The notes under the pieces: model-generated
What the model was told of the DNA's origin: nothing
What the model saw: the letters and a program-made list of their open reading frames with translations, nothing else
Database searches by the model: none
Source: Thermodesulfobacteriota bacterium
GTDB lineage: Bacteria > Desulfobacterota > Desulfobacteria > Desulfobacterales > C00003060
Reading direction: 5' to 3'
Length of the DNA: 64,000 nucleotides
Assembly: GCA_034189385.1 (NCBI GenBank)
Contig: JAXHVD010000013.1
Location: 1 to 64,000, forward strand
Made by a program: the position numbers and the translations under genes
Part shown: positions 1 to 9,796 of the stretch, piece after piece
Position numbering within the stretch: the stretch's first letter is position 1
How the letters are laid out: every line of letters starts with the position of its first letter

Positions 1-61
1 CTTGGTGGCGCAGTTGCTGTTGGGCCTCAGTAGAAAGTTTGCGTGCATCTGTCTTTTTCAT
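1..61 (-). CDS. IS630-family transposase, N-terminal fragment (truncated by window edge)
   Basis: Translates MKKTDARKLSTEAQQQLRHQ, resembling the xxDARxLxxExQxxLR start of IS630 transposases; not in the ORF track. Confidence 0.7.
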   Translation of the reverse strand, partial: MKKTDARKLSTEAQQQLRHQ

Positions 62-119
62 GCACGACTCTATAACATATTATCACAAACAACTCATCTA
101 TTTTCTTGCCGGGTTAATA
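1..119 (-). mobile_element. Left end of IS630-family insertion sequence (continues beyond window start)
   Basis: The minus strand reads TA|TTAACCCGGCAAGAAAATAG, an IS630-like end with a TA target, followed by a transposase-like ORF start at 61. It interrupts a host ORF at this TA. Confidence 0.75.
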
Positions 120-231
120 TCTTGAAGATTTTCGTTATCCTCTCCTTGTGGCACCGCAAGACCTCTCCCTGTCCGACCTTGTCGTATTTCCAGAGCTTTC
201 TTTTGCAGGCTGCGCATTTGATGACGAGCAC
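118..231 (-). pseudogene. 5' part of small Cys-containing (CxxC) hypothetical protein interrupted by the IS
   Basis: GTG start at 231 gives VLVIKCAACKRKLWKYDKVGQGEVLRCHKERITKIFKI; the frame runs into the IS end at the TA and stops inside the IS. Confidence 0.6.
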
Positions 232-279
232 GGCAATGCTTCACATCCTTAGCCGGATGCCCCTCTTTCCATTTCTTTG

Positions 280-480
280 GTAACGTTCAAAAGTTGCGGC
301 AAAGGCCTTCAGCAGGCAGTCAGAGGGATAGGGATGATCGCTCAACGCAGGCATACAGCCATTGCAATCTACACAAATGGCATAGGCTACCTAAAGGCAT
401 TGGATGCCAAGAGAAGCGATTATCCCTATCTCGAAGTTGGTTGTCCAGAAATCCACCAAGTCAACGCTTTTGAACGTTAC
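280..480. mobile_element. MITE-like element, family A, copy 1
   Basis: Perfect 14-bp terminal inverted repeat GTAACGTTCAAAAG (280-293) / CTTTTGAACGTTAC (467-480); internal sequence recurs near 8300-8436 (inverted) and 24760-24927. Confidence 0.8.
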
Positions 481-529
481 TATTTCTTTTGTCGGTGTTC
501 CGTCTGGCAGCTTTGGCAGTTGCAGGGCC

Positions 530-1237
530 TCAAGACCCCGAAGTCATTTGTATGGCCTCGAGTGCTTCTTGGGCCAGCGCCCCCAAGGTCACTCTCGTGA
601 GTTCCCTGTCCCGGTAAAGTTCTATGTTCTTAGTGGAGTCAACAAGTTCTTCTAAGGCCCCTTGGGCCTGTCTTGCCTTGAGGGAGCCAAGGGCCCAGCA
701 GATGAGCCCCTTTGAGGTGTCCTCTTCCCCTGGCAGGGCCTGAAGCAGGTCGGGCACGGCAGTCACCGTAAACTTGGGCCGTGCCTCCGAAAGCCTTCCG
801 AGACCCCAGTACGCCATCTGCCGAAGCTGGGGATGTTCTATGTAGTTGTTGCCGGAGCCAAAGCACCTGGGGTTCTGGATGTAGGAGATGAGCTGCTTGT
901 GGAATCTCTTGGCCAGCCTTTCGCTTTGGGCCATGACCTCTCCCATGGATTCAGAAATCCCCCACCCCGAATTGGAGGAATTTCTCTGCATGTGCCACAG
1001 GAATCGGCGCATCACGGCCAGGGCATCCCTCATGTCTTGTTCTGCCATTCTGGGGACGATGAGGCCAAAGGCCGTCACAGCGTGCCACTTGATCTCAGGC
1101 GGGTGCAACAGGAGGGAAAAGAGGGGACCAAGAATTTTTTGAGGGGGAATCTCCAGCAAAGACTCCAGCCTCTCCTCCCAGTCAAGGGCTTGGAGAAGGG
1201 CCAGCACTTGTGGTTTGAGCCTGCGAAAACCCGTCAT
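530..1237 (-). CDS. HEAT/PBS-lyase-like repeat protein (DVU0298-like)
   Basis: Helical repeats, WHAVTAFG, MRRFLW...SGWGISESMGE motifs; start moved to MTGF. Confidence 0.7.
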   Translation of the reverse strand: MTGFRRLKPQVLALLQALDWEERLESLLEIPPQKILGPLFSLLLHPPEIKWHAVTAFGLIVPRMAEQDMRDALAVMRRFLWHMQRNSSNSGWGISESMGEVMAQSERLAKRFHKQLISYIQNPRCFGSGNNYIEHPQLRQMAYWGLGRLSEARPKFTVTAVPDLLQALPGEEDTSKGLICWALGSLKARQAQGALEELVDSTKNIELYRDRELTRVTLGALAQEALEAIQMTSGS

Positions 1238-1349
1238 GACGCATCCGTGTATGTGAGGCAACAAAGGTTCACATCACCGGACATCATCTCGGTGGGGAGG
1301 GAATACATTCCAGCTCCTGAGCAGCTATTTGTGTCTTGCTAAATGGACA

Positions 1350-2081
1350 TTAGCCGCCGATGCCAGTCAGACTCTCCTTGAGGTGGTAATCGGCGCCTAG
1401 TGACCCCAAGAGGTTCTCGGCATTTGCCCTGAACTGTGGCCAGTCCACCGGTCTGGGCAGTTTGCGGTAGTTGAGAATACCTACTTCCCAATGGCCTACA
1501 ACCGGATGGAGCCTTCTTATCAACTCCAAGGCCTGGTCAGGGTCAATGACAGGTTCTAGGCATACCCATGTCTTAATGCCCCTGCCGTGAGCCTGACGTA
1601 TCGCCTCGATTCTGTCGGCTATTGGCGGGGCGCCTGGTTCCCAGTGTGAGGCATCAGCTTGGTTCGTGAATACAACGGAAGTCCCGAACTTAGATTTTTC
1701 ATAAGTCTCCAACAGGTCGAAGTCTCTGGCAGCGCGCATGCCTCCTTTTGTCAGAATCATCACCCGCAATCCATGGCGAATCAGGATCTGGATGGCCTGT
1801 CTTGTGGTGCCCCACTTCGTTTCAAAAGGCTGGTACGGATCGGAGCTGAATGTGACAAGGATCTCCCTGTCATCGCCTCTCATTCCTTCCGCGTCTCTGT
1901 CAAGACTCCTGAGGACTTCTGGCCTGAGTCTGGCGTGATTCTCGAAAGCTTGCCGTGTTCGTCTCATCGTTCGGTGACCATAACAATAAAGGCAACCATA
2001 GGCGCAACCGTCCAAGTACAATCTGACACCAAGGGGCGCCAACTCATGGGCTTCGCCTGTGGTCTCGCAGATGACGTTCAT
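1350..2081 (-). CDS. Radical SAM protein (spore photoproduct lyase-like / SPL-related)
   Basis: CAYGCLYC (CxxxCxxC), SDPYQP, ILTKG, EPVID motifs; AGGAGG RBS. Confidence 0.8.
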   Translation of the reverse strand: MNVICETTGEAHELAPLGVRLYLDGCAYGCLYCYGHRTMRRTRQAFENHARLRPEVLRSLDRDAEGMRGDDREILVTFSSDPYQPFETKWGTTRQAIQILIRHGLRVMILTKGGMRAARDFDLLETYEKSKFGTSVVFTNQADASHWEPGAPPIADRIEAIRQAHGRGIKTWVCLEPVIDPDQALELIRRLHPVVGHWEVGILNYRKLPRPVDWPQFRANAENLLGSLGADYHLKESLTGIGG

Positions 2082-2125
2082 GGCATGACCTCCTGTTCCC
2101 CTCTTGAAGAAAAAGAGAAAGCGGT

Positions 2126-3064
2126 TTACTGGAATCTTTCGCTGTTTCCCGGAACAAATTTGCGAAAGCCTCTTGTGGTGGTTTTCCCTTCTGCATAGTC
2201 TTGGTGCCAGTTCGGGGGAACGGGCATCTTCTCATACAGGGCTTTTCTCTTGGCCTCCAGAAGGAGGCGTGGTCTTCTCATATAATCAGCTGCGCAGAGG
2301 ACTCTCCGGCCCGTTTCCAAGGAGAGGTCGCGAAGCCACTCGAGCCCCTCTTCGTTTCTTAAGAGGTGATGGTCAAGAATCAGGGTGCCTACGGCATCCG
2401 CAAGCCGCAACGCGTTTTTCCAGGCCCTGTGTCTCTGGTCCGAACTCAGGCGCTGAAGATAGAGCGGCGGGCCGCCTGCAAGAACAATATCCGGTTTCCA
2501 CTCAATTATCACACTTGTTGTATCATCGTCTAGGAGCTGAATGTCGGAGCCGTGGACGAACACGGCCTCATCGTGGACTCTGGTCATCATCACTGTTTCA
2601 CCGGGCTCTGCTCTTTTGCCATGGGGAACGGGCATGGAAAAGACGAGGTCCCCCTGGCCCCAAGCCCCTTCTTCCCACTCGGCATTCAGAGCGTCTTTAA
2701 GCGAAGACAGGCAGTCAAGCTCTTTGGCGGAAAGAGATTCAGGCCCTTTTGCCCATATTCGCACACCGGGATTCAGATCAGCCACCTCAGAGAGATCCAG
2801 CTGATAGGGATTTGCACTGAGAAGGGGAACATGGTCTCCGTGATAGTGACTAAAGACGATGTCCGTAGCAAGTCTCCAAGCCCTTTTTATCTGGTCCCTG
2901 ATAGCCTCGTCCACCGCCACCTGGGCCGGGTGCGGAGGCAGGCCGTTGCGGACATACCCCAAGGCGATGCCGGGGTCGATGAGTATCGTCCTTGCTCCAG
3001 CCTCTACAAGGCAGCACAGGCCTCGAACACCAAGAGACTCGGCTCCGATAATCTCTATGTGCAT
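2126..3064 (-). CDS. Metallo-beta-lactamase-fold hydrolase (UPF0282-like)
   Basis: AESLGVRG, IDPG, SHYHGDH, HGSD, DHHLLR motifs. Confidence 0.8.
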   Translation of the reverse strand: MHIEIIGAESLGVRGLCCLVEAGARTILIDPGIALGYVRNGLPPHPAQVAVDEAIRDQIKRAWRLATDIVFSHYHGDHVPLLSANPYQLDLSEVADLNPGVRIWAKGPESLSAKELDCLSSLKDALNAEWEEGAWGQGDLVFSMPVPHGKRAEPGETVMMTRVHDEAVFVHGSDIQLLDDDTTSVIIEWKPDIVLAGGPPLYLQRLSSDQRHRAWKNALRLADAVGTLILDHHLLRNEEGLEWLRDLSLETGRRVLCAADYMRRPRLLLEAKRKALYEKMPVPPNWHQDYAEGKTTTRGFRKFVPGNSERFQ

Positions 3065-3255
3065 GGTGATAGACCGGCTTGGCGATGCATCAGGCGCCTG
3101 GGGGAAGTGCTTCTGGCCCTTTTCGAAGTGGCTTCGTGTCGGTTTGGTTCACGCTCTTCCAGCAACGGTCTGGGCTTTAAGGAAACGGAGTGTTCAATCT
3201 GTCACAAGGGCCCCACGGCCTTTTCATAGGCGTCGTGGACAGCCCCTTTGCTTTT

Positions 3256-3867
3256 TCATGGTATGAGCCACGTAGCATTCAGGCCACTCTCATCCCAGTC
3301 AAATCGAGCGCGCCGATGTCCGAGAGGACTCAACTTCAACCAATCCATGGAGTCAATGCTGCAAGAAATGGCCATGAAATGTCTGCGACTTCTCTCGCTT
3401 TCTAACAGCATAGGAGCCTTCTTGAGGAACAAATCGGGCCATCCCGACGACGGTCTGTCCACCGGCGTACCGGGGGGCAGACTTGCACAAAAGTCGAGGC
3501 GGCTTGTTATGTTGATAGCAGCCCATTGACCGGCGGCCAGTGGATCATCCCTATGACAGGTTGCCTGTCCTGATATTCTTAATTGAACCTTCTTTCCCGG
3601 ATGATAGAAAAGCCAACGGACTTTACTGCAATGATCGATCTCCTGCACTTTTCTTGCCCTGGCATCGGTATGGCACACCAGGATCCGATCGGGCAATAGG
3701 AACTGCCGCAGGATAACCGTTCTGAGATTACAGCCATCTTTTCCTGTTGTTCCTAGGACCGGCCAATGAAAGGGATCGTTGAAACGGCCGACCCCCTGTG
3801 TAAGCATGGCCCAGACCTCCGTCAAAATCCCATCAAAGGTGCCCCCAGCTCCTTTTTCCACCGTCAT
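3256..3867 (-). CDS. Pyridoxamine 5'-phosphate oxidase-related FMN-binding protein
   Basis: RTVILR, HTDARARK, LFY...QLRISG motifs and C-terminal WLIP. Confidence 0.8.
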   Translation of the reverse strand: MTVEKGAGGTFDGILTEVWAMLTQGVGRFNDPFHWPVLGTTGKDGCNLRTVILRQFLLPDRILVCHTDARARKVQEIDHCSKVRWLFYHPGKKVQLRISGQATCHRDDPLAAGQWAAINITSRLDFCASLPPGTPVDRPSSGWPDLFLKKAPMLLESERSRRHFMAISCSIDSMDWLKLSPLGHRRARFDWDESGLNATWLIP

Positions 3868-3974
3868 ATTATCACTATTGTTTCTTCATTCTTACCCAAA
3901 ACAGCCTTGAGCCGAAATGGGTAAAAACGTGGCGACGACATTCGTTATCCGAGGCTCACACCCAATATTGCATA

Positions 3975-4200
3975 TTAACGGGTTGTTGCCCAAATGCCTT
4001 CTCCCTTAGTTCTGAGCCGTTTGTTGATACATCTAAGGTTTGCTCCAGGCGATGCCGCACGTAGTGAAGCTTTGCGCTATACTCGCCCTTCGGGCTCAAA
4101 CAGTTGACATCGCTGATCTTCCGCTTCGCCAAGATGTATCGGCAAAAAACTGCTCAATGAACCGGTCGAAAGCATTTTGGTTTGGGCAACAGCCCGTTAA
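3975..4200. mobile_element. MITE-like palindromic element, family B
   Basis: TTAACGGGTTGTTGCCCAAA (3975-3994) pairs with TTTGGGCAACAGCCCGTTAA (4181-4200), one mismatch; inner GATACATCT/AGATGTATC arms; TTAA at both ends. Confidence 0.75.
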
Positions 4201-4492
4201 GACTGCGCCTGAAAACGCAGGGCGCTGTGTTTGAACCATCTTTTCCGAAAAGTGGGCTCACCAACGAACGATGAGCGTCAAGGCATAACTTGTACATATA
4301 ATTAAGAGATCTCCAGTTGTCAATGGAATACGGAATGGGGGGGCTGGGAAAGGGCCCCTGTGTTGGACCTCTAAAAGGCTCGAATATGTGGTTAGCGGAA
4401 GTTCTATCTCGCCTGGGTTTCCCGACTCTTTGCCTTTTAGAACAAAGGTCCTATGCGGAAATCTCCAAGGATCGGATCGCGTGCAAGCCTGT

Positions 4493-6364
4493 TCACAAAT
4501 CTGCAAGGTGGTCCAGTTGATCAAGCCTTTTCTGAAAAAGGGCGGACTGCTCGTCCAGGGTGGTGGTAAGCTCTTCCAGCTCATTGAAGAGTCTATCAAT
4601 GGCCGATTGGCAGGCGTGAATAGACTGTGCGATTTTTCCTATGTTTTGGCCATCCTGCGCTTCCGTGGCCTGCTGCATGGCCACGTTTAGTGCATGGAGC
4701 TCCTGGTCATGGGTTTCAATCTCGTTTTCCACCTCTATAATGCGCTCCTCAAGGGGTCTCTGGGTCTTGCCTCGTTCAGTAATGATGGCCGAACGTCTTC
4801 GCCTTTTTTCCTTTTTAGTCACCTTGACACTGGAGGCCCCCTCCCCCCTGTCTTGTCCGGTAGATAGGGAAACCACCTCCTCATCTCCCCAACCCCCCTT
4901 TTCTATGAACCGTTGGTAGCTTCCATCGAATACGGATACGCGGTCATGTTGAAACACGATGAGCCGGTCTGCAAGAGCATGGAGCAGCATCTCGTTGTGG
5001 GTGACCATGACTACAGCACCTTCGAAACTGTCGATGGCAGCCAGCAAGGCATCACAGGCATACATATCAAGATGGTTTGTCGGTTCGTCCAGAAGCAGAA
5101 GGTTCACAGGCGTTACGAGTAGCTTCCCCAGCATCACCCTGCTTTTCTCTCCGCCAGAAAGGACCCCGATTTTCTTCAAGGCAGCATCGCCTTCAAACAT
5201 CATGGCACCGCAGATATTTCTTGCCTGCTGCCTGTCAACGTCCGGGTGAGAATAGAGGATTTCTTCTTCTACGGTTCTTGTGTCCACGAGGCCCTCGATG
5301 TTGGTCTGTTCAAAGCATCTCCTAGTCACATCCGGATGACAGGCCGTTTTGCCCTCTTGAGGTGTGAGGCGTCCTGCAAAGAGCTTCAGCAGCGTTGTCT
5401 TGCCTTTACCGTTTCTACCGACGACACAAACCCGCTCCCCTGCACCGATGGTGATACTCACATCCCTGATGAGGGGAACATGGGGATCGTATGAAAATGA
5501 AAGGTCCCGAGCCCTTAAAACAACCTTTCCACGAAAGGGCTTGTATCGAAAGGAGAAATCAAGGGCCTTGATCCTATCAAGCTTTTCCTTCTTTTTCTGC
5601 TTCTCAAGGGTCTTGATTCTCGACTGCACTAGATTGGCAAGCCTCGCCTTAGCCCGGAATCGGGTGATGAACTCCTTGATCTTTTTCCGGCGGCGCTCAT
5701 CGTTGACGCGGGTTTTTTCGTATACTTCCTCCTCTTGGGCGATCTGGGTGTAGAGTTTTTCGGTATTCCCCCCTATCTTGCGCACCTTTTTGCGATGAAT
5801 CCCCATGGTGTGGGTCACGATCTTGTCCATGAACCCCCTGTCGTGAGTGATAAGCATGAGTTCACGGGGCCAGGTAATCAAAAAGCGCTCCACCCACCGT
5901 ATGGAGGTGATGTCAAGATAGTTGGTAGGCTCATCCAGGAGCAGCAAATCGGGTTCAGACACAAGGACCTTGGCAAGATTCAGACGCACCTGATATCCTC
6001 CCGAAAACTCGCGGGGATGGCGCCCCATGTCGTTTGTGGAAAATCCGAGTCCTGCCAGAATCTTCTCGGCCTTCCAGTGGTGGTCCCACTCTTCTGTTGG
6101 CAGTCTGGTCATGGCCTCTTTGAGCACTGTGTCTTTGGTAAAGTCCAGCTGCTGTAGAACATGACCGACACGGTAGCCTTTGGGAAGGCTGATGGTGCCT
6201 TCATCAGGATGCTCATCACCTACGATGAGGCGAAAAAGCGTGGTCTTGCCGTGACCGTTTTGCCCCACAAGTCCCACCCGCTCCCTGGGGTTGATGTTAA
6301 AGCTCACCCCTTCAAAGAGTAATTGGGTGCCGAAACGTTTTGTTAAGTTCCCAACGGTGATCAT
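4493..6364 (-). CDS. ABC-F family ATPase (YheS/Uup-like) with C-terminal coiled coil
   Basis: Two NBDs (GQNGHGKTT, FSGG, LLLDEPTN; GRNGKGKTT, LSGGEK, LLLDEPTNHLD), no TM segments; start moved to MITVGN. Confidence 0.92.
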   Translation of the reverse strand: MITVGNLTKRFGTQLLFEGVSFNINPRERVGLVGQNGHGKTTLFRLIVGDEHPDEGTISLPKGYRVGHVLQQLDFTKDTVLKEAMTRLPTEEWDHHWKAEKILAGLGFSTNDMGRHPREFSGGYQVRLNLAKVLVSEPDLLLLDEPTNYLDITSIRWVERFLITWPRELMLITHDRGFMDKIVTHTMGIHRKKVRKIGGNTEKLYTQIAQEEEVYEKTRVNDERRRKKIKEFITRFRAKARLANLVQSRIKTLEKQKKKEKLDRIKALDFSFRYKPFRGKVVLRARDLSFSYDPHVPLIRDVSITIGAGERVCVVGRNGKGKTTLLKLFAGRLTPQEGKTACHPDVTRRCFEQTNIEGLVDTRTVEEEILYSHPDVDRQQARNICGAMMFEGDAALKKIGVLSGGEKSRVMLGKLLVTPVNLLLLDEPTNHLDMYACDALLAAIDSFEGAVVMVTHNEMLLHALADRLIVFQHDRVSVFDGSYQRFIEKGGWGDEEVVSLSTGQDRGEGASSVKVTKKEKRRRRSAIITERGKTQRPLEERIIEVENEIETHDQELHALNVAMQQATEAQDGQNIGKIAQSIHACQSAIDRLFNELEELTTTLDEQSALFQKRLDQLDHLADL

Positions 6365-6622
6365 GAATTCATCTTTTCCGTTACCGATGACATATCCCGG
6401 ATAACTGACGACGGATGACAGGGAAGGGGGCACTGGTGATAGGCAATAGACGACAGAGGCCGGAGGCCAGGCAGACCCCAAGGGTAAACAACATGGCAGG
6501 TTTTTTGCTTTTCCTGAACGTCACTGGTAATGAATTCGACAGAACTCTCCCAAAACGGTGCAACGTAAGACTATCATTGTTTTTTAGGACCTTTTGCCAT
6601 GTTGTTTATGGAACGTTAGGGC

Positions 6623-6829
6623 TTATTCTACTGCAATGATCTGGCCCTCAAATTCTATGATTTGGCCCTTTCTTATTTTGCATCTCTTGCGCAGTTCTGT
6701 CTGGTTATCCACTTTCACTCGCCCCTCAGCTGTCACTCTTTTTGCCGTGCCGCCGGTGGTGCATAGGCCCGTGGCCTTCAGAAGCTTCGTCAGTTCTATG
6801 TACTTGCCTTGTATGGTGAATTTTTCCAT
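6623..6829 (-). CDS. RNA-binding S4 domain protein (YaaA/YbcJ family)
   Basis: YIELTKLLKATGLCTTGGTAK...VKVD...ELRKRCKIRKG. Confidence 0.88.
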   Translation of the reverse strand: MEKFTIQGKYIELTKLLKATGLCTTGGTAKRVTAEGRVKVDNQTELRKRCKIRKGQIIEFEGQIIAVE

Positions 6830-6837
6830 TCTGTTTC

Positions 6838-8070
6838 TTACTTGTTCTTTTCATTCATTTTTGCTCGAAGGATGTCTCCCAAGGAGCCGAGAGCCCCAGA
6901 GGCCTTCTTAGTGCCTGCTGCCATGTGCTTTTTGTAGTCATCGATCCCTTCTGCGTCCTGCCCATCTGAGACCATTGTAAGGGAAAGGCGTCTTTGCTTT
7001 TCATCTACTCTTGCAATCTTGACTTCAATGGTCTGGTCCTCTCCTAGGACTTCACGGGGGTGGCGTATCCTTTTTTCTTTTCCAAGTTCTGAAATGTGAA
7101 GAAGACCGTCGATGCCAGGCTCCAAGGTCACAAAAGCACCAAAGGGGACCAAGCGGGAGACCTTGCCCTTGTGAAAGGAGCCCTCAGGATACTTGTGGAC
7201 AATGTTGTTCCATGGATTGGGCAGCATATCTTTCAGGCTAAAGGAGAATCTATCCTCTTTCCAGTCCAGTTTCTTAATCACCACATCTACTTTCTGTCCA
7301 AGCGAGACTGCGCTGTTGATGTCCTCCACACGACCCCATGACATCTCCGAGATGGGGATCAGGCCTTCCAAGCCTCCGATATCAACAAAGGCCCCAAATT
7401 TGTGGATGGAGGTTATCTCTCCACGCACTGTCATTCCCTCTTCCAAAGACGCCCTCAGGGCATCTCTTTGTATCTGCCGTTCCTCTTCCAGTATGGTCCT
7501 ATTGGAAACAACGATGTTTCGGCCCTTCTTATTGAATTCGATGATTTTGAAGGTCACATGCTGGCCAATATACTGGCCCTTGTCTTCCACCCGGTATAGT
7601 CCCATTTGGGAATGGGGGCAAAAAGCACGCGTGTTTTCCCCTATCTTGACTTCAAATCCCCCCTTGATTTCCCTTTCAACACGGCCCTCAACCGGGATCC
7701 CACTGCGATAGGCCTCTTCCAGGTGTTCGTTGCCGGCCGTGTCGCCGGTGAGCCGGGTGGTAAAGAGCATGTCGTTGTGTTTGGAAGACAAGAAGTAGGC
7801 ATTGATCGTGTCTCCCTCTTTGATGGTGAGACGGCCTTCATCATCAATGCATTCATTGGTCATAATACTGCCATCTGACTTGCCGCCCACATCAACGAAA
7901 ATCCACTCTTTTGTGATCTGAGTAATAACAGCCTCGACCTTTTCACCGGGGTTGAAGTGAACCGGTTTGCCCATACCCTGGTTCAACAATTCTTCGAAAT
8001 TTTCCTCTGCTGCCGTTTCCGTCAGACTATTGTCATTGTACGCGTCCATATCGTTCCTCATCTGGTTCAT
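6838..8070 (-). CDS. rpsA: 30S ribosomal protein S1-like protein (four S1 domains)
   Basis: Repeated S1 motifs (FGAFVDIGGLEGLIPISEMSW; FGAFVTLEPGIDGLLHISEL), C-terminal SLGDIL. Confidence 0.85.
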   Translation of the reverse strand: MNQMRNDMDAYNDNSLTETAAEENFEELLNQGMGKPVHFNPGEKVEAVITQITKEWIFVDVGGKSDGSIMTNECIDDEGRLTIKEGDTINAYFLSSKHNDMLFTTRLTGDTAGNEHLEEAYRSGIPVEGRVEREIKGGFEVKIGENTRAFCPHSQMGLYRVEDKGQYIGQHVTFKIIEFNKKGRNIVVSNRTILEEERQIQRDALRASLEEGMTVRGEITSIHKFGAFVDIGGLEGLIPISEMSWGRVEDINSAVSLGQKVDVVIKKLDWKEDRFSFSLKDMLPNPWNNIVHKYPEGSFHKGKVSRLVPFGAFVTLEPGIDGLLHISELGKEKRIRHPREVLGEDQTIEVKIARVDEKQRRLSLTMVSDGQDAEGIDDYKKHMAAGTKKASGALGSLGDILRAKMNEKNK

Positions 8071-8203
8071 TGTCTAGAGGTTATGCCTCTGGGCCCAAGT
8101 TTTGGATCTTGTGTATCCCGTTTTCAATCTTCGGTTGTTCTTCCCACTAGTTGATTTAGAAAGCTAGTAACATAAGTTTCGCACCCTTATCAACCCTTAG
8201 AAA

Positions 8204-8436
8204 TAACCTCTAAAAGTGTGCTGAGGTTGCTAGAAAACGGAAGAACCCCGGTTTGAACCTTTTTCATGCAATGGGAGCCCCGGGAGTAGGAAATCCCCAT
8301 CTCTTCGGCCGCCAATGCCTTTAGGTAGCCCCATACTATTGGTGTGGATGGAAATAGCTCTATGCCTACGTTCAGCCATCCTCCCTATCCTTTTAACGGC
8401 TGGCCAAGAGGCTTTGCCTCAACTTCTGAACGTTGC
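8204..8436 (-). mobile_element. MITE-like element, family A, copy 2 (inverted, degenerate)
   Basis: CCAATGCCTTTAGGTAGCC and GCCTCAACTTCTGAACGTTGC are reverse complements of segments of copy 1; the left boundary is uncertain. Confidence 0.65.
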
Positions 8437-8618
8437 CAAAAAGTCAGAGAACTCGAGTGGTGGTAAGCAGTGTGCTGGATCCCGTGACCACTTTCCGCCT
8501 GCGGCAGATGATAATCCAACCTTTCTGCTTTGCCGCAGGCCCCCCTCATGCGATAGACCTGCTTATGGGGCAGGTACAAACTGACAAGGCCAATGGCTGG
8601 GAAGGTTGCGGGGACGCA

Positions 8619-8912
8619 TTATTTGGAATCCTTTGTGCTTAGATTCCTGAACCATGAGAAGTACTCCTTGAATAAGGAGAGCTGGCTGTCTGTGATACTC
8701 TCGGCAAATGCGTACAGTTCCCTTTGTTCCTCTGGAAGGCTTTTTAACCGACACATCCTCATGGCATCTGCAATTTCTTCGATTCTGCTCACAAGTTCCA
8801 TGGACTCCTTGTTATCCTCATCGCTCAAATCCAAGTAAGTCTGCGCCCGGGGGTGACGTTTCATCAGTTGGTCAATTCGACAGACGGTTTCTTCAATGAA
8901 CTTTCTGGGCAT
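8619..8912 (-). CDS. Hypothetical helical protein
   Basis: ORF with protein-like composition; start moved to MPRKF because the upstream extension runs into repeat DNA. Confidence 0.5.
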   Translation of the reverse strand: MPRKFIEETVCRIDQLMKRHPRAQTYLDLSDEDNKESMELVSRIEEIADAMRMCRLKSLPEEQRELYAFAESITDSQLSLFKEYFSWFRNLSTKDSK

Positions 8913-8999
8913 ATAGGCCTCTTTGGGGTCTCGAATCAGAGATACGAAAATCTCTTGCTCCTTCCTGTTGTTCTTTCCTTGAGCATTTCGGCTGTACTC

Positions 9000-9141
9000 A
9001 GCGTGTTCGTTACCACACAAAAATTCGGGCTAAGGCCCTCAAATCCCGACTTTTCGGGACAGTCTCCTCTGCCGAATATTCAAACTGCCTTTCTCAGAAG
9101 ATGCCCCATTGTCTGCAAAAGACCTTTTGCGAAACCGTTCA
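9000..9141. repeat. Degenerate repeat element (family C-type right end)
   Basis: TGCAAAAGACCTTTTGCGAAACCGTTCA resembles the end of the 15923-16096 element; contains CTCAAA[TCCCGA-CTTT-TCGGGA]CAGT. Confidence 0.5.
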
Positions 9142-9601
9142 CTGTCACGCCTGCCCAAATGAGTAGGCTCCACCCCCCATCACGACAACATGGGGCCTGA
9201 ATACCAGCCGGCTCTGTTTGTGCCCGCCGTCAATGATCCTCCAAGGGTGGGCATCAAGGAAAGTCCCAGCCGCCTGTCGGGGCTATAGCCCTATTGGCTT
9301 GAAATGTCAAGAGATATGGACGTCCTGGCGCGCATCTCTTTCCCTCGGTCGCTCGGTTGTTCAGAGATGTTTTTTCCTTGTCGCTTGGCAGACTGAGGGG
9401 GTAACGGCGCGAAACGAGATGGGAAGGACTTACTGTCACCTTGCTTTGCGCCGTTTGTTGTGCAAAGCCTCTCAATGAACGGCAAGGTCTTGTTATTTGT
9501 GGCGAATTATGGTATAGAATATGCGAAAATGAAAAGTGGGCAATAATAGAATCGTAGCGCCTGCAAGAGTACAAATCAGAAAACGTACCAGGGAGGTCCC
9601 T

Positions 9602-9781
9602 ATGACAGGCAAAGAGCCGCTTTCTTCCGAGCAGCTCTTGAGGCGCTACCCCTGTACAAGGCAAGAGAAGCAGGTAATCCGTCTATGTGCTTTGACAACC
9701 GTGATGGTCGATAGGTATATGACGGTGGTCATGGCGGTTCCCCGGAGGTCTAGATCCATTTTTTCCCTTAGGGGTCTTTGA
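9602..9781 (+). CDS. Small hypothetical protein
   Basis: GGAGG RBS before ATG at 9602; directly upstream of the PilZ gene. Confidence 0.35.
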   Translation: MTGKEPLSSEQLLRRYPCTRQEKQVIRLCALTTVMVDRYMTVVMAVPRRSRSIFSLRGL

Positions 9782-9796
9782 GAGGGTATAGATGAT

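Noticed and set aside
2..655. Plus-strand ORFs 2-283, 277-600, 404-655
   Set aside because: They overlap the IS end, the minus-strand pseudogene and MITE A; no protein motifs.
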